This document shows positions 13,300 to 29,198 of a stretch of DNA of 64,000 nucleotides, in pieces. Under the pieces are notes generated by a model. That model made no database searches and was not told the DNA's origin. It saw nothing but the letters and a program-made list of their open reading frames with translations. The position numbers and the translations under genes were made by a program. The stretch is from Octopus vulgaris. Its lineage: Eukaryota. The stretch is from positions 37,944,001 to 38,008,000 of the forward strand of contig OX597814.1 in the NCBI GenBank assembly GCA_951406725.2, in the 5' to 3' direction. The first letter of the stretch is position 1. Each line of letters opens with the position of its first letter.

Positions 13300-14181
13300 C
13301 TCAAAGACTTAAAATTGCTCCTGTCTCCTTTTTCCAGTTCAGCAATAATTTATTTTTTCTTTGGTTTCTGCTTCATCGTCGGTGCTGATCTCTCTCCTAC
13401 TACTTCTCGCCAACTGTAGAGGTGTAGTTTCCCCTTTTCATTCTCAGCAGACTATTGTGCCCTTACGGACTGTGGAGGACATTTCGCTCTAAAGTGGACT
13501 TTTTGGCCACATTTTAAACATCAAATCCTACCCCCCACTCTAATTCTGTGTATTACTGTGTATTAACTGTAATTGTCTAAAACACATGTTGCAGGACCTC
13601 AAGGGCTGATTGTATTACCATATCCAGGCACTGCTCTTGCCAACTTTAATGTGTAGTACTGGTCGCTTCGAGGGCCACTTCTTTTCTTCTAGGTCCAGCA
13701 GTATAGCAGCTACTAGACAGGCAACATCTATTTCTGGGGAGATGTCTTCTATCATTACCCTGGAAGCACGTCTTGCAGAACTACCACCTCAACGGTTTTT
13801 AAGTGGATTGCCGAGCGTAACCTGCCAGAAATTTCTTCTCCGAACCACACCTCCACTGTTCTGTATTTCTCTTTTTCATGCAAGGTAAGAAATTCCCGAC
13901 CAGATTGGCTTTAGCACCTTTTCTGTAAGTCCTGTAGACTATAACTTTTCCATTCGTCTTCTGTGTGACTTCTTGGGAAGGAGTCAACTTTAGCTCTTGC
14001 TCCCCACTATGCATCATACCCTTGTATTTAGGAAGTTAACATCAATTTTTTGTTGTTGCTTTTTAGCCGCGGCTGCAAAATTCATTTTATTTTACTCATT
14101 TCTCTCCAGCACAGAAATTGCTCTTAGAAATCCTGATTCTGAAGATGTGCATCCCGATGAACTCAGGTTTTCATATTCCAT
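13300..14181 (-). pseudogene. Gag-like ORF1 relic of a retroelement with CCHC zinc knuckle
   Basis: CLKCGQKVHFRAKC (CX2CX4HX4C) at 13520-13479. Upstream pieces MNFAAAAKK and RVMIEDISPEID. Multiple stops. Confidence 0.6.
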
Positions 14182-15002
14182 TTCACAACTGTGCTACCCA
14201 CTTCAAACATAGAGGAAAGCACCAACAAAACTGCCGTAAGGCAGCAAAATATCTGTCTTAAGACACAGCAATTAATAAAAATTCAACTGGATAAAACATA
14301 TTAACTAACCTCTAGAACAAAGTAATGAATTGCCTTAAATCTAGTTGTCAGTCTGAATTCTTAATTGCCCACTAGAGGGCTAAACTTAGAGAGGACAGTA
14401 CAAGGACAGACAAAACACAATACAGGGGCAAAGAAAAAACAATGAAAAATTATGAATTAAATAATGAAAATGAAAACTGAAATTAAGCCACAAGATCCCA
14501 CATCCGTACGACCTCATTTATCGTCGTTATAACGATAGATCACTTTTTAAAAACTTTTAACACATAAAATGTCTATTTGAAAATTGTTAATAAGTTCCAA
14601 GTAACTTCCTGACTTTGGCAATCTCCTAGTGTCAATTGCAATTTCCCAGAAATGAGCATCGTTCCCGAATCCTCTCAGTCTTGGTATGTACTTGGGGTCC
14701 GTTAAAACGCAATTATAGAGCAAGGGCAACCTACTACATTGTGCAGTGTTTACCCATATAATATTCTCCCACCTATTTAACTCCTTCAGTAGCTTGTATT
14801 TTGGCAAATCGTAAACGATAATATTTTTTCTATTTATTTTCAGATGATTTGAGTTTGGGAGTTTGGGCTCTTATGTAATTATATTTAATGTATCGGTCTC
14901 AGTTAGGGGTAGAATGAGGGCAGATGCCTGCAAGGGAAGGTTGGAGTAGAGTGGGTCTGGGTGGAAATCGAGTAGACGTGGGATAGGGTTTTATCATTCA
15001 CA

Positions 15003-15150
15003 TATTGTGTATTTTTCTTCCTCTTTCTCCTATACTTGTCTTGTTTTTTTGTTTGTTTCTATTGTTCGGAAAAAAGTGTGTATTCCATGTCTCCGTGTTT
15101 CTTATTTCCTGTTGTTTACGTTTTATGACGTCCTGTACCCATATATGCAT
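15003..15150 (+). mobile_element. 3' fragment of the repeat family also at 32041-32200 and 39990-40390
   Basis: Shared T-rich body ending gtcctgtacccatata. Confidence 0.6.
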
Positions 15151-18100
15151 ATATACATATACATATATATATATATATATTATTTATATTATTATGCGAT
15201 TGAACACCACGCATCAATTTCCAAATAAGTTTATCTTTCTATATATGTATAGGTAGATAGATAGATATTTATATCACAAATATGAGGTTAATAAAGTGAA
15301 ATAATTTATTGCCAGTGGTTAGCATGCATAACTAAATGTCATAAGACAACATATTTTCAAAAATATAAGATTGTTTAAAATAGTTTTATATAGAAACCGG
15401 AGACAATTGGCAGGACACCTTAAAATCTGAATGGGCCTGTTGAAACCCAAACCACGAAAAAGAGTATTTATAAATACATATATATACACACACACACATA
15501 TATAATCATATATATACTTATATCTGTATACTTATATGTATATATACGTATATATATACATATATATACTTTTGCATATATATATATATATACTTACATA
15601 TATAATATATATAATATATTTATATACATACATGCATACATACATACACACATACATAAAAATAACGATAAGCACACAAAAAAATTCATATATATATATA
15701 TAAATTTCGATTTCTGTTTTCACAAGTAAACGACGTTAACACTTGGATTTCCACTTTAACTATCTTTGCTTTTTCCATTCTCTTATTGTGTCCATAACTC
15801 TGCTATATATGTAGCTTTCTTCACTGCATCGCACACTTTATCAACAACACGTGATATATTTGAATACACATTTAAAATATTTTTCAAAACATTATTCCAT
15901 TGCCTGCCTTATAAACAACAATCTACTATGAGATTGCAATTGTGTGCAATAGACATCTTCATAAAATAGACACTGTGCATCGTTATACCGACTTCATTGA
16001 AATTATACATTTTTGCCAGTGAACCTATGGTCAGTTCATCTGATGCAACCCAAAAATAAATCTTTGTGTTGGCCGTTTGTAGTTCAATCTAGTCATTCAT
16101 TTAGTACTTTGAAGCGTTGCTGATTTTATTTGCCTACGATTTGTTAGTTGTTTGGAATTATTCCAAATTGTTCGAAATTTCGCATTTCAAATGTAAAATT
16201 ATTATGTAGAAAAGAGAGTTTCGTACAAATGAATACATTGTGCAAAAACAAAAGAAGCTTTATCTCTAAGAATACACGAGTAAGTCTGATTGATTTAAAT
16301 GTTGGTGCGGTGTGTATTCTTGTGTTTCTATGAATGTGTGACCGGTTGAGTCTATAACCGAATTTTGTTTCATGTCATTCTCCACATCGATGACCTCCGA
16401 TGCGCCATCTCACCATTGAAACATATCATATAAATGTATACGTCACACACTATTGTTTTTATAGGTATAGTTAGCGGTGACTGTGATCACAACCTTTCAA
16501 TCGATGATGTCAAAGTCAGTGTTTGCAAACTTACAGCAGCCAATATTAGAACAACTGTATTGCATAGCTTATGATATATATATATAGCACAACACTTTTA
16601 GTATTTTTTTAAGAATATTCTATATTTTGCAGTTGTTTATAGATATCATATTTCCTAAATATATCTACGGAGCACTTATGCAAAACAATCATTGATATAC
16701 TATAAGAGACATTTTTGTTTCAAAAGTTGTTACGGTGTACAGAAGATTTCTGGTTTTATTTTTAATTCAAAAATACCTTGTGCAGTTACTGCACTTATAA
16801 ATTAGACATTTATAGTACAGTTTCTTATATAGTATATTATAAGGGTTTTGAACCATTATTTTTGAAATAGGAAATATGATAGCTACTACTATATTCAATG
16901 AATGTCAAACTGAAATAATCTGAATCGTCACATTCCATCTGAAATGATATATTCCCTCATTAGCGTTATTGATTAGTTGATTAAGTAAGTTGTGTTTCCT
17001 TGTACGGCCAGACAATTACCTCTATTTGTATGTGTCTTTTTTACAGAGGTTCAATTTCAAAGTTAGGATATAAATAATATATATATTTTGTATTCTCCTG
17101 CATCTAGTGGTTGTCTTTTGTTTAAACAATCCAAAGCATATGTTTTAAATCTAGCTTGTGGAAATGCTAAACAAATCTTGCTAATATAATGTATGAAATA
17201 AAAAACACAGTGTCTTATCAAAAAATGAATTCAAGTTCTTGATCACTGCCGTTCCCGGTTATGATAGGCCTGGAGGGAAGTAAAACAAATGTCTACTTCG
17301 AGTACTAAGAAAGTTAATATTGTATTCAATAAGTAGACATGAAAAATTGCCTAATGATTCTCAATTCCTTTGGTTGTAATTCAGTGTTTTGTTTCCATTC
17401 TTTCAAGAAGTAGATTCTCTTTGAAGTGACTCTAAATTTTGGTAGACATAGGAAACTGGATTATATACCTCAAGCAACATTCTGTAATAACTTTTAACGA
17501 ACCTCATTTAGAAGGAACCCACGAATAGGAATTTGACTGCAAAATTCTTGAATGTTGCAAAACACAGCTACTCAAATCAGCCTACTCAGAAACAACCAAA
17601 ATCGCACTTACATATGAACTCACACACATATATACACACATTGATATATAAATATATAAACACTGAGAGATAGACAGGCAGACGGTGGAATTCATAATTC
17701 ATAAGTACGTACGTAATATACTTTTTTGTGGGTGGTTTCCAAATTAAATTCTATTGAACTTGTGTCTATGCATATTTTTTATGGAACATGCATTATGCGC
17801 CGTCCAATTGGTTAGCAGAAAAGGAAATTCAGTAATAGCTATTTACATATGTGAATGTAATATGAATATTTCTATTCACATATTTACAAATTCTTCGTTT
17901 GCAGCGGTTTCTGAAACGTTATTAATATAATCGACTTCATATTCTATGATATCAAATGTTACCCTTCATTATAAATCATAGCAGAATACATGTAATTCTC
18001 AGTGTCATTTATATATCAGGTACCTCAAATTTTAAAATCATTCTTGGTAATATATCATGTGTGTCTAGCAACATTTTATTCCCTTTAATGAATTAACTGC

Positions 18101-19676
18101 GCTCTTAAAATTCATCATTACTACAGATAGTATATTTATAGACTTGACTTTTTTAAAATAATTCCTTAGTTGTATAGCTTAACTAAAAGCATCATTCTTG
18201 TAAACAGATTTATAAAACGGCAAATTTCTAAAAACGTGTTATATTGCTACATACATGGAAATGACATACAGTCAAACTTATATGTTTGCGTGTATGAGTG
18301 TGCGTGTGTGCTTGTGCGCACGTGTATGTATGTATTTGTGTGTATGCATATCCGTTAATCAGATGCTTTATAAACGTAATTGCAGAAATTGTTGTGTAAT
18401 AGCCAACGAGAGTAAGGACAGTAAAACCTATAATAAAAGGTATATGATATATAATTCTACCCCAGTGAACTTCCTCATTAGTCGATGTTGAGGCTTCAAA
18501 GGTCTTTGAGCGTTATGTGGCGCATATTTATAAGTGCAACTCAGTAGAGTTTATAGTAGAAATGTTATTTTCCCACCTAGGTAATCAATATTGCTTTAAT
18601 AAAAATAGATCTACTGTTGGAGAGAACCTCTACAAACTGGAGCATTTCCAAAACAGTTTTCAATTTCAAGTGTAAGTTCTTTGAATTTTAATTATTTTAT
18701 AGGTCAACCAGGTCTTCCATCCCTTTCTATACAATGATAGACAAAAAGAATTGAGTTATGGCGTATTCGAATTATTCACCTTTATGAATATTGGGTGTTA
18801 AATTTGAGAGTGAAATTGACTGCTTCTGAATACTAATATACAAATAATATGAAAACTTGTATGCAACTAAGTTTCTTTGAATTTTGTTATGAGATTATCA
18901 TGTTCATGTGGGAAATGATACGACAGGAAACATTATTATATATGTGTGTGTTCCTTTGACTGTGTGTTTTCGGGTGTGTTCGTATGTGTGTGGGTATGTG
19001 CGTTTGTGTTTATTTAGATATTTCGTGCGTACAGTAAAATCTACTACTACGTCTGTATGAGTTAATGCTCCACTTAGAGTATCGTTAAACCGCTAGGTGC
19101 CTGTAAAGTGGGAAGCCTACAACTGTTCTTGGTGGTATTACTAGTTCTGATACACAGAGCATATATAACGGAAAATTAGTGGTATATATGTTATAACTAG
19201 TGTTGTTATATAGAACTCAGCATTGGATATGCAAAGTGCATATGGATATCTAACAGCAATGAATCATCAGGGGATCACTACATTGCTTTCACTTACGGAA
19301 TAGCCACAATAGTACAAGGTGCGTAGAAACTAATAATCTATGTGCTTAACTTAATTTTCTATTTGTATGTGTATATACGCAAACACACACGTATATATAT
19401 GTATGTATATAGACGCACACACATATAGATATGTATATAACTATATATATATATATATATATGTACATATGTACACATATATATATATATATACGCACGC
19501 ACACACAGACACACATATATGTTTATACACACGCACAAACATGTATATATATATATAAAATTGAAATTTAGTTGAATTAGTTTCTTAAGTTGAAGCACCA
19601 AGTCAGTGCGGTATTATCCATACAACTCAAATTAATGTAAATATAATCAAAATAAGTAACACGATATCATTCGGTG

Positions 19677-19763
19677 ATGCAGTACGACCATTTCAAGCGG
19701 CTATATGCAATTGAATAATGCAATCATTACTCCAATTTAAATGCAGGCTTTCCTCAGATGCAT
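19677..19763 (-). ncRNA. Type I hammerhead, short dispersed family, copy 1
   Basis: atgcat CTGAGGA aagc-[long hairpin]-gctt GAAA tggtcg TA ctgcat. Confidence 0.75.
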
Positions 19764-20575
19764 AAAGAAATAGAATTTGCAATCAGTTGGACTCATTAAT
19801 ATAATTTTACTCGATTTCTCTAACAGAGCAAGAAGAGTGAAAAAGTGTACGTTGCTACTAATGTAGCTAAGACTATACTACATTACTAAGAGCTATATGA
19901 AATTTGATAGGGTTACAACTAGTAAAGGATTGTGGTTCATATTTACTTTATTAGTCTTTTGTTTATTAACCACCAAATCTAAAGTTCGAAGACAGTGTCA
20001 TTTAGATAAGAGTGAGTTGAATGTTTGAAGTTGTGTATCGTCATAAATATTGTCCGGCTTTTAAAATTTGTATATATAACTTTCTATAAAGGACGCTGGG
20101 TAGGGGAAGACCTCTAAATCAAGATGTTAATTACCAGTCAGAGGGGCAAGACAGTAATAAAACCTATGATGTTAATCCAGAGGAAATTATCAAGAGGTAC
20201 TTTGGATAATTATCTACTTATTACGTTGTTTCTATAAAGATTGCTCTGGCCATTTCCTTATGGAATACTCGGGCAATAAATCAAACTATATTTATATTAA
20301 TTATATGCTAAGAATCAGAAAAAATCGGAAAAAATAAACTGTCCACTGATATATACTGATATTTAACTCTGAGCACACATAGAAATATACACAAATATTT
20401 TTACTTTATTTTGGGTATGTTATAATCAAATCTCATAGACTTAAGTAACTAGGAAGTTTATATCTCTCTTTAAGAAAATTACCTTATAAGTGTTTATAAG
20501 GATTAATAGGTAAACGTATCAAAATAAGAAAAGAAAATAAGAAATTTCCTTCTTATATATAGCCCGTCCTATATA

Positions 20576-20620
<45 letters not shown>

Positions 20621-20625
<5 letters not shown>

Positions 20626-20825
20626 TGTCTGTTTGTACCCCAAACTCGCTTAACCACCGATGCTGGTGTGTATACGTCCCCGTAACTTAGCGGTTCGACA
20701 AAAAGTGACCGATAGAATAAGTACTATGTTTTCAAAGAATAACTCTAAGGTCGATTTCCTCGACTATAGACGGTGCTCCAGCATGGCCGCAGTCAACTGA
20801 CTGAAACAAGTAAAAGAGTAAAGAG
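20621..20825 (+). mobile_element. CORE-type tRNA-SINE, 3' half
   Basis: cccgtaacttagcggttcg...ggtgctccagcatggccgcagtcaactgactgaaacaagtaaaagag. Confidence 0.88.
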
Positions 20826-23800
20826 AGAGAGAGAGTAAAGAGCACATGCATGGATGTATATATATATATATACATATATATATATAAATATACATATACA
20901 CATACTTATGTGTGCGCGTACGTGTATGTATGTATATGTACGTAAGTATGTATATGTATGTGTGTGAGTTTAGTTCTGCCAGTATGGTTATTGTAATCAC
21001 CCTCAGATTTTCTTTTCTATTATGAAGTATAATTCACAATACATTAGTATTTACTAATGAATAGATATGAACATTTTGAAAGGAGAAATAAATATACTCT
21101 ATTCAGTAATACCCTCATCGTAATGTATGTGAGATTTCAACTCTTATTAACAATATCAGGATAAAACATATTTAGATGAAGTGTTAGGATTTGTTAAAAG
21201 TTTTGAATCTAATATGAGATATTAATTTATCAAAATTCTTAACATATACATTAATTCAAATTTCTCGGCAAGTATGCAGCCATCAAATGGTGATTGTATC
21301 GAATCTATTTTGCGTACAAATCACTATTTCTCTCATGATACTTATTTCATATAATCTGTTTCTAATACATTTTGTCTGCGAAGTATTTGACATTCCATTA
21401 ATTCTACATTGTAAAGGGCTTTCCATATCACTCAAATATGAGTGGAATACGATTCGATTCTGAAATACACATCCGTATACATTTTAACTTTTGACCGTCT
21501 CACAGATACATGTAGATTATTCTCTTTCTTATATAAATACATTAGTTTCCGTTCGTCGGTACGCAAACATCTCCGTTGAAAGCTATACAGCTCTCACAAA
21601 TCAATTAACTTAAATATTTTCAACAGGATTTAGTAGTTTATCAGAAGTTTGTTAGAAAAAAGTATCATTTCTAGATGTAACACACACACACACACACACA
21701 CATGCATGCACACGCATGCACATGCAGACACTCGCAGTCTCACGTACTCACACAAAGTCATATGTTTTCTAATGGGATATCAGAGCAGAGATACAAGCTC
21801 TAAGATCGTGAGGTGGATTTCTTCTTTTACCGTAAAATTAAATCTAAAATTAATGATTACCATGAACTTCAAATAGTATCAGTTTCACGTATTTCGTTCA
21901 CTAAGATATCTTTCTACACAGGTATTATGAATGTTTCTATACAGGTATTATGAAGGGTTTTTAAACCTGTTAACTTATATGAATTAGGAACACACATCCC
22001 TTTGGTCCATATTGCCTTACAAATGACGTCTGTTATAGTCGGAATATGAAATCATTAAAATGCTATTTATAGTGCACTTGAGAACACAAGATATTTGTTA
22101 ATTCTCTTAAGCATATATCTCTCACATTGGTATGAGTAACCATGTACGTAAGCTACACATGAAATATTGAAATATCGTTCTGAATTACAAGTTTAAGAGA
22201 ATGTCTGTCGTAAAACTGTACAAGTCATGTGGGTTATTGAAGCAGCACTTACAAAGTCATTACAAAGAAGGGGAAAAGTGTGCGAATGTTGGAGTGAGCC
22301 GTTACTGCAGTGTATGTGATGAGGTCTTGATAACTTTAAGGGCTTGAAGATCATTTCACATGACACTAGGAAAGAGCAATAATAGGTAGAGGAAGGAGTC
22401 AGGCCAATATTACAATGGCATAGCTAATCGAACTTTGGAAGTCATTCTCGATAACACTTTGACAAATCACAGAGAAACTAGTAGCCAAATTGCTTATATA
22501 CTGAACAATTACAATAGCTACAACCAAATGGAGCTACTAATATACATACCGCGTTAACATTTCATTAAGTAACAGGAGCCTGTCTACGGGGAACTCAGTC
22601 CACAGAGCACCAAGGCATGTTTTAATATAACATAGCTTGAAATCCCAAATATCGTGTTAATTTTTAGCATATGAATTAATGATTTGCATCCTCCCCTCAA
22701 GATTCCAAGTTCAGCCATACTATGCCCCAGACACCTTCATATGTATTCTGATACTACAATACAATGTATAAATATTTGTGTCGTGTGTCAGTGCGTGCGT
22801 GTCTTCGAGTGTGCATGTTTAAAATTTATGGATGTATATACTCATACATACGCACACACACGCCTATAATCCCTGATTACTGCAAGTATAGAAAATCAGC
22901 TGTTCTTTCTGGACGTAATTATCTCGAAGCATTTCAAGTTTTAATAGCAAAACATTTATTTTTATGTTTCTTTAATTTACTTTTATTCTTTGGAAATGTT
23001 TTAATTTTTAAAATTTTCTTTTAATATTTTCTTTTATTTCTTTATGAAATATTTCTACCACACATATTTATTTATTACAAAGAAAGTATATAGGTACTAA
23101 TATAACCTATGTTGTTGATCATTATTTTACATGTCGTCCAAACACGTCATTCTTCAGTCTTATTATATCTGAAACCACATTATCCAAATTATTCTCCATT
23201 ACTACTACTGTACCGTAAGTAATTCAAAAGATTTGCGCAAACATTTTAAGTGGTACAGAACAGGGGCTTTGTTGCAACAAATCTTTACTTAATGAAGAGA
23301 AGCGAAGCTTACCGTGTGCGCTTAAATTCATTAGCACAGAATCATACAACTTATAGAAAAACTGTAGTCATTTGCTATTTTATCCATATTTATATAGCAC
23401 AGATTGATGGAAAACAATTTTACAGGCGTGATAACTTTAACAGTGTGTTTAGAATTTCAATCGTCACCGCTCCAGTTCAACAAGCAATATAACTTTTAAT
23501 TGGTATAGATTCACAATCATTAGAGTAACATCACAATTACAGCATGAAAGAAACTGTTGTGTTCTATTTCTTCAAGGTCTTCACGTTCTGTGTTCAAACC
23601 CTGTGAGCAGCAATTTGATATCATCCATCTGAGAGTGGTAATATATTGCTAGTCTAGTAGTAGGTACATAATATAGACTAAAGCGCTCGATTCTAGATTT
23701 ATGATTGAATGCTTGCATTACAAACAACAGTTTAGGAGAGTTCAACTGAATCTCAGGATTTAATTAATTTCTATTCAGTGCAACTCGTTAAAGTAGACAA

Positions 23801-24946
23801 ACATGATCTCAAATTACAACTGATTTTCCATTTAGGATCTTGTATATTTTCTTGAAATTGAACTTCCAATAGTATATGTACTTTCTGCCGATAGATTATA
23901 TTACAAATATACCTAACATAAGCCAATGTCATAAGTTATTTTCTCACATATTTAAACTTTATTTGCATTGCTTCTGATAATATTTATCTCGTGAAGAACA
24001 TAGCTAGAAATTATATTGTCAGTTTGAATAAAATCTATAATTTTCTAAAAGAGGAATTCTAAGAGAATAGTTCAAACATGAATACGCTTACTTATTTGCG
24101 TGATTGTGTATTAACGTGAAATTTGTTTCATTTCTCTATGACTCTCCGAGTATTGAAAGATTACAGAAATGGGGAAACTACTTTTTCCTTCCTTATTAAT
24201 TAAAATTATTCGCCTCTTTTCCTTTCTCCCTCTCTTTCTCTCTCCCTCTCTCTCTATCTATCTATCTATATATATATATCTATCTATATATATATATATA
24301 TACATATATATAATATACATATATATATATAATATATATATATATGTATAAACACACACAACACACAAGCGCGCTTATACGCATATTTGTAAACACACAC
24401 ATCACACTCACACGCAAATATATGTGTGAGTGTGTCTGTATATTAAGATAATTTCGTTTGGTAATTACTTCTTGATGTTTCATCAAACGATATCCTACTT
24501 TTTACAGTCTGACTAATTACGAAATAACAACATAACTTATAGAATTAATTTCACATTAGTATTTTTATTGAGAGGTCAATAAAAGTGGATGTAAAGAACA
24601 TCCTCTTGTAATATAGGCCACTTAACCAGTCGATACGACATATTTATACTGTCAATACAAAATGATTCAGTATTCATCTTTCTTTAGAAATTATATTTGA
24701 TAACAGTATAGTAGTCAAAAGAAGATATTTCCTATCATTATATATTCAAACATATTTCACTTTTCACGTGAAATGTAACAATACACAATATCAAATTAAT
24801 GTGACAGAAGCAGAAAGAGGCAAAGAATTCAATATCAAACACATAATTCTTTGATAATGTCTACGAGAAAACATACATACGCTCTTTTTATTTGAAGAAG
24901 AAAATAGGGCATAAAAGGTAATTATACACCAGTATATGTATGTATG

Positions 24947-25013
<67 letters not shown>

Positions 25014-27140
25014 GTGTGTGTATGTATGTATGTATGTACGTATACATTTATATATATATATTTATTTATATATGTATATATATATTTTTGTGTGTATACA
25101 TACACACATTGAAACACAATAGATGCACATATTCCAAAAGTATGAACATTTTATATACGCTGTTTCACGTGACGTGTTCAATGATAACGAACCGTAATAT
25201 GAATAATTAATATCACATATTCTGGAACAAGAAAAACTCTTCGTGTCTGACCGTGGTGTCATCGAATAGAATAAAATATTGTATATTTTTTCTTTATTGT
25301 TTTAACAGAATAATGGGTTTTTTTTTTACCTCGAAACATGTCTATGTTCTTCACATTCCTCATCCTCTGGCTGCACTAAGTGTCATTAACATTAATTCAT
25401 TGCATGCTCATTAGTTAATCGGCGACTACTTGGAAAGCATGTGTCGGAATATAATACCTGTCCACGGGTGCTCTCGAAGAGAATGAAGATATGACTATCC
25501 GTAATACTAATATGGTGAGTCGAATATATAAGCCAAAGTGGTGTTGTAAAACAAATTTTTCATCCTAGCCTTCTTGAAGTTGGCATATGGCAAGCCAAAC
25601 ACAAGATAGTAGACCCTCTTGAACCTTTCGATATCAACCCACCTAAAGTCTCCCTGATTCCATCACACAGACTGCCTGTTTTAAATCTATCTAAATTAAT
25701 TGTTCCATCAAAATTTAATCTTAATTTATGTTCCAAATAGCAGATAAATGACGATGAACTTTATAAAATTTTTCATCGTTTACGGAAATAGCCGAAGACA
25801 GTGTTTTCGAGCATAAATATGGTACTAAAACTGATTAGTAGTAGAAAGTCATACAACAGGTAGAATATAACTGTTGAACATAAATGTGTATGAGGTTGCT
25901 GCAAGGATCATGGCAATCAATCGAGTGCTTCTTCTAGAAAACCGGTTTAAGATGTTTTTTTGTGGCAGTAGACTACATTTGCCTAGGTGTGGGAAAAAAA
26001 AACTCTGCTGTGTGATATTTTACGTTGATAGCCATCTTTAATATACTTTGTACTGTTTGATACTTTTGAGTAATACTGAAATTGATATTAAGAAGCATTC
26101 CGTAAAAGTACAAAGTTAATAAAATCATCTACCTCTCATGTAGTGAAAAACATATATGAAACTTTAGAATTTATGATTTATGTATATATGGGGCATATAA
26201 GATCGATGGCGCCGTCTCAGATATTTGGAAAATATACAGAGTGCTATATGAGACGTACGTCTCATTATCAGATCATCAAGCATTGCATTATTTTTTTTTT
26301 TTCCTTTTGCTTTATAACCATGTATTTGAATTAAATCACTGTTTAATATATAGAGTGCATATATTACAAAACAAATTAAAATTCTTAAATTATCTTTCTT
26401 CTATAATTTCTATTTCTGCTCGATATAAAATTCATAGTCACACATACCGAATCTATAATTACCTTAGAACGACTTGTGCAAAATAGATATGCTGCTGAAA
26501 TTGTTCATCTAACACAGCAGCTATCGACAAAGGAAATTTGCATTTTTATATCTTTATTATATGCTGAGTGAGAGAGACTTCTGACAGGGAGCGCTATGTC
26601 ATTAAATTGAAATAATTAATTGTATCATTTCGACAATTGTAGTTCCCAGTTCCTCTAATTGTAAAATGATATTATTGCTTCTAAAATATTTTATCATATA
26701 CAACCAAACATTTTTATTTACTTGTTTTTTTTTGTGAACTCCATGCTTTCCTTTGTTCTAATGATCTTACTAGAATGAGAAATTATTTATCTCCTTGAAA
26801 AAAAGAGTAAGATTTTCTAATAGCAAACAGAATGGTAATTAATTCAAACAATGTAAGCAGTGATTATATAAAAAAAACAGGAAGCGATAATACAAAGGAT
26901 ATTCTCTAATCACTGCCTGGTTTTCAAGTTCTTTCATTTCGGTCATTCCCTGACTATAAAACTGGAAGCAATTAAACAAATCCTACATGAAACTAATTGC
27001 TGAATCATTACCTTTAGGCGATGGCACATAATGCGCATGACATACTATCACTAATAACGAGAAAAATATTTCGTTGTGGCAATACAGTAAGTCTTTAACA
27101 AGAATGAAATTCTAGTATTACTTGACGTTATATTTTACAC

Positions 27141-27447
27141 TAGAGGTTCCCAAAAATTTTTCCGGCTACCGCACCCTTGACAATCGGCTGACATTCCTAT
27201 GGCCCCCATCCCAACTAACCATCACAACATAGAACTTTTTCTAAAGCAGATTCAAATCAACTGCATTTCACAAATAAAATTTAACCTCATGAATTCATTA
27301 TTTTGCTTTTATATGAATTCCTCTCCCATTATAGACCCAAATTTTTACATGAATCATAAACGCATCATCGCCTCACTTTTCTTCAACAGCCACTTAGAAC
27401 TTTTCACCAGCCCAAGGTAGCAATACTACCCACTTTGAGAGCTGTTG
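27141..27447. mobile_element. hAT (Charlie-like) MITE
   Basis: Degenerate TIRs tagaggttcccaaa/tttgagagctgttg. Exact 8-bp TSD ttttacac at 27133-27140 and 27448-27455. Confidence 0.8.
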
Positions 27448-27755
27448 TTTTACACTAGCTTTCAGTAATTTGCACTTGTGCTATTCTTTTAATATTCTAG
27501 AAATACAATACCTGTCAAAAATGAGCTGTATCAAATGTGTATCTTGTATAATCGAAAACATTCACAAAGCTAACAAAGGTTTCCCACATAATTATTATAC
27601 ATAAAATTCTACTCATTTCCAAAAAGACCCTTTCAGCTCTACGTAATGTGTTTCTTGGAAGATTAAAATGAAAGTGAATCAAAATTATTAATTAGACAGC
27701 ATTTGAAATCATCGAGTGAAAATCAGTTGTGGTTATTGCAAGGTGTAGATGAAGC

Positions 27756-27820
<65 letters not shown>

Positions 27821-28954
27821 GTGTGTGTGCAGGATACAATCTTTCATATTTACAGCAAGGAACAAATATATTGTAGAGGAATTGAAAAAAAAAAAGCTTC
27901 TACATGTCACAACGTGACCCTTCGAAGCAATAATGAGTCAGTAGCAATAATGAGCATTCGACATTTGCATTACTGACACATTTCCATTCCCTCCTCGGCA
28001 AGTCACTAGCGTTAAAAACAAAATGATCAAAGAATAGAATAACACTAGCTTAATTATTGTCTTATTTTCAGATGAATTCTGTGATTTTTCTTTGTTTTTT
28101 CCTAAGCAATTATCTGTGTTCCTATACCAAACGATGTATAATTGTATTAGTACTTCAGGAATATAGTGGAAGATCTGCCCTCATTTACGAAGACATAGAA
28201 AGAAAAAAGAAAGCAAAAAACACAAATTAAGTATTGCTGATATTTTTGTTCTCAACGTATAAGTAAAACGTTTTAATGTATTCATACGGCTACGTCTATA
28301 GATTAGTTATTCTTTAAATAAATAAAAGGTCACTGACTAACTTAAATTTTGGTATTATATAAATCCATAAACGTTACAGGATTGTATATATAAAATCTGA
28401 AATAAACAACATCGGCTTTCAATATACAAACTGCTTAGTCACTCCGCCAAGGAAGCGGATCAATATAATCCGATAAATCTGAATGTCAAGTTTCTTTATT
28501 TCATCATATTTTCTTTCTAATGATCTCCTACACTCTGTATAGGGTTCATTATTGAATTTACAAGGCATTCTTAACACTAAACATTATATAAGTGGCACTA
28601 CCGGCAAATTTACAGATTATATTTTAAATTATGGGTGAATTAACAAGTGAAAACACAGATAGTTACAAAGACGGTGATTATTGGAAATTCAAATACATAC
28701 TAACGCATGTGTTCTAACGAGGAAGTAAGTTAATTACGCTTGGATGTATTTACATATGAGTAAATATTTAAGCAATAGGTTTTAGTATGAGTACGTTTGT
28801 CGTAAATTAATATTAAGGTCTTAGTGAATACGATATTCAACCTATATATAATTACGAAGTCAACAATCATAGATGTGATTGCTTCTAACACTTTCATTCA
28901 ATATTCACATGTTTTGGATGCATGCATACACATTATACAACTATGTATATAAAT

Positions 28955-29198
<244 letters not shown>

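Noticed and set aside
28072-28230. Small ORF after a ttttcag acceptor with a hydrophobic start and KR site (neuropeptide-like)
   Set aside because: The hydrophobicity comes from a T-rich tract; no amidation or repeated peptide motif.
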